From an uncultured Bacteroides sp. (lineage in GTDB: Bacteria > Bacteroidota > Bacteroidia > Bacteroidales > Bacteroidaceae), in assembly GCA_964614555.1 (NCBI GenBank), contig CAZTPB010000002.1, forward strand, positions 1 to 33,975: a stretch of DNA of 33,975 bases, read 5' to 3'. Each line of letters opens with the position of its first letter. Position 1 is the stretch's first letter. This document shows positions 27,720 to 33,975 of the stretch, one piece after another. The position numbers were made by a program, and so were the translations under genes. The notes beneath the pieces are model-generated. The model was given only the letters and a program-made list of their open reading frames with translations, was not told the origin of the DNA and did not search any database.

Positions 27720-28339
27720 AGCAGCGGACTGATACTATCAGAGTGGCTGTGGCCGAGACCTCCGTCATTGTGCGGAGCGGAGTGGTGAGTGTGCTCAAAC
27801 GCATTCCCGGCCTTGCAATAAAACCCGTGGAGGTGACCTCGCCTGAAGGGCTGGAGAGTTGCCTGCACACCGACACGCCCGACATCCTGCTGGTGAATCC
27901 CACCTTCGGCGGATGGTTCAACATCGACGAGTTCAGAGCCGATGCCGTACACAGCAGTGTGAAGTGCATCGCCCTCAACTGCACCTTTACCGATGCTTCC
28001 CTTTTGCAGGCGTATGACGACACCGTCACCCTATACGACACCCTTGACTCCCTGCACGACAAGTTGTTGGCGGCCATGAAAGACACCACCGCCGATGCCG
28101 TAACGGAGGAGGGAGAGCTCACTGCCGACACACTCAGCCAGCGCGAGCGTGAAATCGTGGTGTGTGTGGTAAAGGGGTTGACCAATAAGGAGATAGCCGA
28201 ACAGCTTTTTCTTTCGGTGCATACTGTCATTACGCATCGGCGCAACATTGCCCGCAAGCTGGAGATTCACTCTGCCGCCGGACTTACCATCTATGCCATT
28301 GTCAACAAGTTGGTGGACATCAGTGAGGTGAAATTATAA
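27716..28339 (+). CDS. LuxR/NarL-family transcriptional regulator with degenerate receiver domain
   Basis: C-terminal HTH LSQREREIV...GLTNKEIAEQLFLSVHTVITHRRNIARKL. ATGA overlap with the hemerythrin gene at 27716-27719. Confidence 0.9.
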   Translation: MKQRTDTIRVAVAETSVIVRSGVVSVLKRIPGLAIKPVEVTSPEGLESCLHTDTPDILLVNPTFGGWFNIDEFRADAVHSSVKCIALNCTFTDASLLQAYDDTVTLYDTLDSLHDKLLAAMKDTTADAVTEEGELTADTLSQREREIVVCVVKGLTNKEIAEQLFLSVHTVITHRRNIARKLEIHSAAGLTIYAIVNKLVDISEVKL

Positions 28340-28344
28340 GTTTT

Positions 28345-29280
28345 TTACAGCCACCGTTTGCGGCGGAAGAGCCAGATGATGGTGCCGCTCACCAGCACCG
28401 AAAATCCGAGCACGATGCCGAAGCCCAAGGAATTGTCTTCAAGCCCGTTCTTCAGGTTCATGCCGTAGAGAGAGGCGATGAGTGTGGGGAACATCAGCAC
28501 GATGGATACGGACGTCATCAGTCGCATCACCGTGTTCATGTTGTTGTTGATCACCGAAGCATAGGTGTTCACGGCACTCTCCAACACGTTCGAGTAGATG
28601 TAGGCACTTTCACGTGCCTGTTTCATCTCGATGTTGACATCCTCAATCAGTTCGGCATCCAGCTCATCGACGGGCAGTTTGAACTTCACCTGTGCCAGCA
28701 GCGTCTCGTTGCCACGGATGGAGTTCATGAAGTAGGTCAGTGAGTTTTGCAGATACGAGAGGCTTATCAGGTCTTCGTTGTCGATGCTCTTGTCCAAGTC
28801 GTGTTTCGCCTCCTCAATCTCGTAGTTGATCTTTTTCAGGAATTTCAGGTACCATACACTGCTGCTCAGGAAGAGCCGGAAGGTCATGTCCACGGCATCC
28901 GTCAGTCCCTTCCCTTTGCGCTGGTAGTGGTAGAGGAAGTCGTTCATCATCTTGGTGATGTAGTAGCACACGGTGATGCAGATGTCCTTCTTCAGGATGA
29001 TGCCCAAGGGCACGGTGGTATAAGGCGAGCGCGACGATTCCTTGTTGGTGGGGTTCATGTAGGGCACACGCAGGATAATCATTGTCCACCCGTCTTCCGT
29101 CTCCACACGCGGACGCTCGTCAACGTCGGCAATGTCCGACAGGAAATAGTCGGGCATTTGCAGCTCGTTCACCAGATAGTCGGCCTCTTCTTCCGTAGGG
29201 CAGGTCATCTGAATCCAGCAGTTAGGCTCCCATTTCTCCAAAGCCTCGATTTGTGGCTTGATTCTCCAGAATGCACGCAT
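28345..29280 (-). CDS. corA: CorA family Mg2+/divalent cation transporter
   Basis: DERPRVE, NNNMNTVMR, two C-terminal TM helices with the signature PTLIASLYGMN. Confidence 0.9.
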   Translation of the reverse strand: MRAFWRIKPQIEALEKWEPNCWIQMTCPTEEEADYLVNELQMPDYFLSDIADVDERPRVETEDGWTMIILRVPYMNPTNKESSRSPYTTVPLGIILKKDICITVCYYITKMMNDFLYHYQRKGKGLTDAVDMTFRLFLSSSVWYLKFLKKINYEIEEAKHDLDKSIDNEDLISLSYLQNSLTYFMNSIRGNETLLAQVKFKLPVDELDAELIEDVNIEMKQARESAYIYSNVLESAVNTYASVINNNMNTVMRLMTSVSIVLMFPTLIASLYGMNLKNGLEDNSLGFGIVLGFSVLVSGTIIWLFRRKRWL

Positions 29281-29346
29281 ACCTTTTCCTCCTTTCCTTA
29301 AATTTATATATTATAACAAAGACCTTTGCTCTCAAAAAAAAGTGCA

Positions 29347-29354
29347 CAAAGGTA
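29347..29354 (-). promoter_or_regulatory. -7 box (TACCTTTG) for corA
   Basis: caaaggta on plus strand, 66 bp upstream of the corA ATG. Confidence 0.6.
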
Positions 29355-29433
29355 CGCATTATTTTTGAAAAACGGGTATGCCAAGCCCAAAAAAGGCATA
29401 TCTTTGCCCATATGGGCTGCCAAGAAGGAGAAT

Positions 29434-29481
29434 ATACCTAAAATTGGGTATTGCACAGGTCGGAATCCGGCAGTATCTTTG
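29434..29481 (+). promoter_or_regulatory. Promoter of candidate sRNA with palindromic operator
   Basis: ATACCTA-AAAT-TGGGTAT (29434-29451) overlapping ATTG (29450-29453), 20 nt, then TATCTTTG (29474-29481). Same geometry as 26835-26882. Confidence 0.7.
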
Positions 29482-29486
29482 CACCG

Positions 29487-29635
29487 TGAAACAGAAGAAG
29501 TGAGGAAAGTTAGTTAGTCATAATATATAAATTAGTACGTAAACCACACACTTAGAAAATTAAGTGCTTAGTTACTTGAGGACTATGTGTCCACGCCGCC
29601 CTGCGAAGTGATTTCGCGGGGCGGCATGGTTTTTC
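29487..29635 (+). ncRNA. Candidate ~150-nt small regulatory RNA
   Basis: Bounded by its own promoter and an intrinsic terminator, with no ATG-initiated ORF contained inside. AU-rich 5' part and a small hairpin CACTTA-gaaaat-TAAGTG (29549-29566). dnaB has a separate promoter downstream. The 5' end is an estimate. Confidence 0.6.
29591..29634 (+). terminator. Intrinsic terminator ending the candidate sRNA
   Basis: CCACGCCGCCCTGCGAA-GTGAT-TTCGCGGGGCGGCATGG (17-bp stem, one mismatch, one G-U pair) followed by TTTTT. Confidence 0.85.
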
Positions 29636-29665
29636 TGAGGGTGAAAATAAAAAAGGTGCTTTTGT

Positions 29666-29696
29666 TTTGTGCTCCGCGCCGTTTGCATTATCTTTG
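29666..29696 (+). promoter_or_regulatory. Consensus promoter for dnaB
   Basis: TTTG (29666-29669), 19 nt, then TATCTTTG (29689-29696). Confidence 0.75.
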
Positions 29697-29735
29697 CACT
29701 CTCCAAGAAAAAGCTATCAAAAAAAACAGTCCATT

Positions 29736-31265
29736 ATGGCAGAATATAAAAAAAACACCCGCACGCCCCGCAAGACACCGGCGGATGCCGTGAGCGAATA
29801 CGGGCATTTGCAGCCCCAAGCCCCCGAACTGGAGGAAGCAGTGCTTGGTGCACTGTTGATAGAGCGCGATGCCTATTCCGTAGTGAGCGACATCCTGAAG
29901 CCCGAGTCTTTTTACGAACACCGCCACCAGCTGCTCTACAAGGCCATCACCGCGCTGGCCATCCAGCAGAAACCTGTGGATATACTTACCGTGGCCGAAC
30001 AGCTTCGCTCGACGGGCGAACTGGAAGAGGCCGGAGGCCCCTACTACATCACCCAGCTGAGCGGAAAGGTGGCTTCGAGTGCCCACATCGAATATCATGC
30101 CCGCATCATCGCGCAGAAGCATCTGGCACGCGAACTCATCACCTTCACCAGTGCCATTCAGGGGAAGGCTTTCGACGAGATGCAGGACATTGACGACCTG
30201 ATGCAGGAGGCCGAGGGCAAGCTCTTCGAAATCTCGCAGCAGAACATGAAGAAGGACTATACCCAGATCGACCCCGTCATCAAGGAAGCCTATGAAATGC
30301 TGAAGAAGGCAGCGGCACGGACCGACGGATTGAGCGGACTGGAGAGCGGATTCCACAAGCTGGACAAGATGACCAGCGGATGGCAGAACTCCGACCTCAT
30401 CATCATCGCCGCGCGTCCGGCCATGGGAAAGACAGCCTTTGTGCTCTCCATGGCACGCAACATCGCGGTGAACAACCGTGTGCCTGTAGCCATGTTCTCG
30501 CTCGAAATGAGCAACGTGCAGCTGGTCAACCGTATGATAGTGAATGTCTGCGAAATACCGGGCGAGAAAATCAAGAGCGGGCAGCTGGCACCCTACGAGT
30601 GGGGGCAGCTCGACTACCGGATGAAGATGCTCATCGGTGCACCGCTCTACGTGGACGACACCCCCTCGCTCAGTGTCTTCGAACTTCGCACAAAGGCACG
30701 TCGGCTTGTGCGCGAGCATGGCGTGAAAATCATCATCATCGACTACCTCCAGCTGATGAACGCCAGCGGCATGAGCTATGGCAGCCGTCAGGAAGAGGTC
30801 AGCACCATCTCGCGTTCGCTCAAGGGATTGGCCAAGGAGCTGAACATCCCCATCATCGCACTGAGCCAGCTGAACCGTGGTGTGGAGCAGCGCGAAGGCA
30901 ACGAGGGCAAACGTCCGCAGTTGAGCGACCTCCGCGAGTCGGGAGCCATCGAGCAGGATGCCGACATGGTGTGCTTCATCCACCGGCCCGAATACTACAA
31001 GATTTATGAGGACGACAAGGGACGCGACCTCCGCGGCATGGCCGAAATCATTATAGCCAAGCACCGTAACGGTGCCGTGGGCGACGTCCTGCTGCGCTTC
31101 CGCGGAGAGTATGCCCGCTTCCAGAATCCCGACGACGACACGATTATCCCCATGCCGGGCGAAGAGCACGTGCTCGGTTCGCGCATGAACGAGCCATTGC
31201 CTCCTCCACCCGAGCCGGATAATATGCCTTTTGATGCAGGCACGGTGAATCAGGTGCCGTTTTGA
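29736..31265 (+). CDS. dnaB: Replicative DNA helicase
   Basis: EEAVLGALL, AARPAMGKT, FSLEMS, IIDYLQLM, SQLNR, DLRESGAIEQDAD, AKHRNG. ATG at 29736. No intein seen. Confidence 0.97.
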   Translation: MAEYKKNTRTPRKTPADAVSEYGHLQPQAPELEEAVLGALLIERDAYSVVSDILKPESFYEHRHQLLYKAITALAIQQKPVDILTVAEQLRSTGELEEAGGPYYITQLSGKVASSAHIEYHARIIAQKHLARELITFTSAIQGKAFDEMQDIDDLMQEAEGKLFEISQQNMKKDYTQIDPVIKEAYEMLKKAAARTDGLSGLESGFHKLDKMTSGWQNSDLIIIAARPAMGKTAFVLSMARNIAVNNRVPVAMFSLEMSNVQLVNRMIVNVCEIPGEKIKSGQLAPYEWGQLDYRMKMLIGAPLYVDDTPSLSVFELRTKARRLVREHGVKIIIIDYLQLMNASGMSYGSRQEEVSTISRSLKGLAKELNIPIIALSQLNRGVEQREGNEGKRPQLSDLRESGAIEQDADMVCFIHRPEYYKIYEDDKGRDLRGMAEIIIAKHRNGAVGDVLLRFRGEYARFQNPDDDTIIPMPGEEHVLGSRMNEPLPPPPEPDNMPFDAGTVNQVPF

Positions 31266-31308
31266 AGAAATATTGCACCCTTTATTTTTTTATTTCACCA
31301 AATATCTG

Positions 31309-31316
31309 TACTTTTG
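31309..31316 (+). promoter_or_regulatory. -7 box (TACTTTTG) for pheT
   Basis: TAnnTTTG 40 bp before ATG 31357. Confidence 0.55.
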
Positions 31317-31356
31317 CGGGTCAAATTTGAAAAAAATAAAAATATAACATACGCGT

Positions 31357-33819
31357 ATGAACATATCTTATAACTGGCTCAAGGAATATGTGAGCTTTGA
31401 CATGACTCCCGAAGAGGTGTCGGCTGCGCTGACATCCATCGGTCTTGAAGTAGGGTCGGTGGAAGAGGTGCAGACCATCAAAGGCGGCCTCGAAGGCATC
31501 GTAATCGGTGAAGTGCTCACTTGTGTAGAGCATCCCAACAGCGACCATATGCACGTGACTACCGTGAATCTGGGTAGCGGCGACCCCGTGCAGATAGTGT
31601 GCGGAGCACCCAACGTGGCTGCCGGACAAAAGGTGGTGGTGGCCACACTGGGCACCAGACTCTACGACGGCGACGAGTGCTTTACCATCAAGAAGTCGAA
31701 ACTCCGTGGAGTGGAGTCGGTCGGCATGATTTGTGCCGAAGACGAAATAGGCATCGGCAAAAGCCACGACGGCATCATCGTATTGCCCGCCGATGCGGTG
31801 CCCGGCACACCGGCCAAGGAGTATTACGGCATCAAGAGCGACTACGTGATAGAGGTCGATATCACCCCCAACCGTGCCGACGCCTGCTCGCACTACGGTG
31901 TAGCCCGCGACCTCTATGCCTGGCTCGTGCAGCAGGGCAAGGAGACCGCACTGACACGCCCCTCGTGCGACGCGTTCCGGGTAGAGAACCACGACCTCGT
32001 GGTGGAGGTGGAAGTGGCCGACACGACGGCCTGCCCGCGTTATGCAGGAGTCACCGTCAAGGATGTCACCGTCAAGGAAAGCCCCGAATGGCTGCAGGAC
32101 AAACTCCGTCTGATAGGGCTCCGTCCGATCAACAACATTGTCGATATCACCAACTATATCCTGCACGCTTACGGACAGCCGTTGCACTGCTTCGATGCCG
32201 ACAAGATCAAAGGCGGCAAGGTGGTGGTGAAGACCATGCCCGAAGGCACTCCCTTCGTGACGCTGGACGAGGTGGAGCGCAAACTCTCCGACAAGGACCT
32301 CATGATCTGCAACGCCGAAGAGCCGATGTGTATAGGCGGTGTCTTCGGAGGGCTCGACTCGGGCACGACGGAGCAAACCCGCAACATCTTCCTCGAGAGC
32401 GCCTATTTCAACCCCACAAGCATACGCAAGAGCGCACGCCGTCACGGACTCAGCACCGATGCCTCCTTCCGCTTCGAGCGCGGCATCGACCCCAACGGAT
32501 GCCTCTATGCCTTGAAGCAGGCAGCCCTGCTGGTGAAGGAGTTGGCCGGAGGCACCATCTCCATGGACATCGTTGACCACTACCCCGCCCCGTTGGAAAA
32601 CAGCCGTGTAGAGCTTGCCTATAGTTACGTGGATACATTGATTGGCAAACACGTACCTGCCGCTACCATCAAGAGCATCGTCACCTCGCTGGAGATGCGG
32701 ATTGAGAGCGAGTCCGATGAAGGCCTCGTGTTGGACGTGCCCGCCTACCGCGTGGATGTGCAGCGTCCGTGCGACGTGGTGGAGGACATCCTGCGCATCT
32801 ACGGATACAACAACGTGGAAATACCCGCCACCCTGAAGTCGAGCCTGACCACAAAGGGCGACAACGACAAGAGCCACAAGTTGCAGAATCTGGTGGCCGA
32901 GCAGCTGGTAGGATGCGGATTCAACGAAATACTGAACAACTCGCTGACATCGGCTGCCTATTACGAAGAGTTGCAGAGATGGCCGGCCAAGGAACTCGTG
33001 CGTTTGATGAATCCCCTGTCTAACGACCTGAATGTGATGCGCCAGACACTGCTCTTCGGCGGTCTGGAGAGCATCATGCACAATGCCAACCGCAAGGCGT
33101 CAGACCTGAAGTTCTTCGAATTCGGCAATTGCTATTATTATAAGGAAGAGCGCAAGAACCCCGAAAAGATACTCGGCGCATACAGCGAGAACTATATGCT
33201 GGGGCTGTTCGTCACCGGCAAGCGGGTGAACAATTCGTGGGCCCATGCGGACGAAGCGTCTTCGGTGTTCGAATTGAAAGCCTATGTGCTGAACATCCTG
33301 GCACGCTTGGGCGTCAGCCTCGGGGCTGTCGTGTTCGGCACGCTCAGCGACGACGTTTTTGCCAATGCCATCACCATCCACACACGTGGAGGCAAGCTGC
33401 TGGCCACACTGGGTGTCATCACACGCAAGCTGCAGCGCAAGTTCGACCTCGACAATGAAGTCTATTATGCCGAACTCAACTGGAAGGAGCTGATGAAGGC
33501 AGTCAAGAACCTGCGCGTCAGCTACAAGGAGCTGAGCAAGTATCCCGCCGTGAAGCGCGACTTGGCACTGCTCATCGACAAGGCCGTGCAGTTTGCCGAC
33601 ATCGAGAAGATAGCCTACGAATCGGAGAAGAAGCTCCTCAAGGAGGTCTCTCTCTTCGATGTCTATGAAGGCAAGAACCTCGAAGCCGGAAAGAAGAGCT
33701 ACGCCGTCAGCTTCCTCCTGCAGGACGAGAATGCCACGATGGGCGACAAGCAGATAGACAAGATCATGGGCAAAATCATCGCCAACCTGGAGAACAAGCT
33801 GCAGGCGAAGTTGCGGTAA
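31357..33819 (+). CDS. pheT: Phenylalanine--tRNA ligase beta subunit
   Basis: MNISYNWLKEY, IVCGAPNV, ITPNRAD, INNIVDITNY, RFERGID, RIYGY, KRDLALL, LFDVYEG. pheS is not adjacent, as is usual in Bacteroidales. Confidence 0.97.
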   Translation: MNISYNWLKEYVSFDMTPEEVSAALTSIGLEVGSVEEVQTIKGGLEGIVIGEVLTCVEHPNSDHMHVTTVNLGSGDPVQIVCGAPNVAAGQKVVVATLGTRLYDGDECFTIKKSKLRGVESVGMICAEDEIGIGKSHDGIIVLPADAVPGTPAKEYYGIKSDYVIEVDITPNRADACSHYGVARDLYAWLVQQGKETALTRPSCDAFRVENHDLVVEVEVADTTACPRYAGVTVKDVTVKESPEWLQDKLRLIGLRPINNIVDITNYILHAYGQPLHCFDADKIKGGKVVVKTMPEGTPFVTLDEVERKLSDKDLMICNAEEPMCIGGVFGGLDSGTTEQTRNIFLESAYFNPTSIRKSARRHGLSTDASFRFERGIDPNGCLYALKQAALLVKELAGGTISMDIVDHYPAPLENSRVELAYSYVDTLIGKHVPAATIKSIVTSLEMRIESESDEGLVLDVPAYRVDVQRPCDVVEDILRIYGYNNVEIPATLKSSLTTKGDNDKSHKLQNLVAEQLVGCGFNEILNNSLTSAAYYEELQRWPAKELVRLMNPLSNDLNVMRQTLLFGGLESIMHNANRKASDLKFFEFGNCYYYKEERKNPEKILGAYSENYMLGLFVTGKRVNNSWAHADEASSVFELKAYVLNILARLGVSLGAVVFGTLSDDVFANAITIHTRGGKLLATLGVITRKLQRKFDLDNEVYYAELNWKELMKAVKNLRVSYKELSKYPAVKRDLALLIDKAVQFADIEKIAYESEKKLLKEVSLFDVYEGKNLEAGKKSYAVSFLLQDENATMGDKQIDKIMGKIIANLENKLQAKLR

Positions 33820-33821
33820 AG

Positions 33822-33975
33822 ACCCTCCCCCTGCCCCTCCCTATATGGAGGGGAGTAGATAGTCTTTGAACAGAAAAACAATATAGAGTAATAAGAGTAA
33901 TTGTAATAGTAATAAAATAATAGAGACACAGCTTATTTTCACTCCCCTCCATAGAGGGAGGGGCAAGGGGAGGGT
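33822..33975. repeat. REP-like inverted doublet (two 35-bp GC-rich palindromic units around an AT-rich spacer)
   Basis: 33822-33856 ACCCTCCCCCTGCCCCTCCCTATATGGAGGGGAGT against the reverse complement of 33941-33975, ACCCTCCCCTTGCCCCTCCCTCTATGGAGGGGAGT: 33 of 35 identical. Each unit contains its own CCCCTCC/GGAGGGG hairpin. Confidence 0.9.

Noticed and set aside
29326..29793. Small ORFs 29326..29517 and 29587..29793
   Set aside because: Both have non-ATG starts, run across promoter and terminator elements, and show no recognisable protein features.
29688..33081. Long antisense ORFs (493 aa opposite dnaB, 586 aa opposite pheT)
   Set aside because: Codon-bias shadows of highly conserved genes with no recognisable motifs. 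The same applies to 9201..10355, 20353..21450, 22375..23472 and 26784..27653.

Overview
Core-chromosome segment of a Bacteroidales bacterium, judged from TAnnTTTG/TTTG sigma-ABfr promoters, a Bacteroides-type serine palmitoyltransferase, and the parA-parB-DUF5683-mltD-rel synteny. It holds 27 supportable CDS, in order: a C4 zinc-ribbon protein (3' end cut by the window edge), Nif3, a FetAB-like ABC pair, a small DUF2582-type wHTH protein, a secreted GH127/GH146 beta-L-arabinofuranosidase-like enzyme, a TrmH methylase, spt with a divergent DAGK-family lipid kinase, a ~10.8 kb minus-strand run (parA, parB, DUF5683, mltD, rel, two SGNH proteins, MBOAT, tRNA m6A37 methylase), surE-lpxB-DUF2148, uvrD/pcrA, a hemerythrin-LuxR pair, corA, dnaB and pheT. 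I saw no tRNA, rRNA, transposase, integrase or CRISPR array. The most interesting signal is a palindromic operator-like motif (ATACCTA-N4-TAGGTAT consensus) that occurs twice, each time starting exactly 40 bp upstream of a TAnnTTTG box. One copy precedes the hemerythrin-LuxR operon. The other precedes an apparently non-coding ~150-nt promoter-to-terminator unit between corA and dnaB. Together these suggest a hemerythrin/pseudo-receiver-LuxR/sRNA regulatory circuit. Other notable non-coding structure: a 22-bp-period GGAAAC/GTTTCC palindromic element, a REP-like inverted doublet after pheT, tandem DnaA-box-like sites before parA, and an in-frame 12-bp VNTR in uvrD. All family assignments come from motif recognition by eye; no database searches were run.
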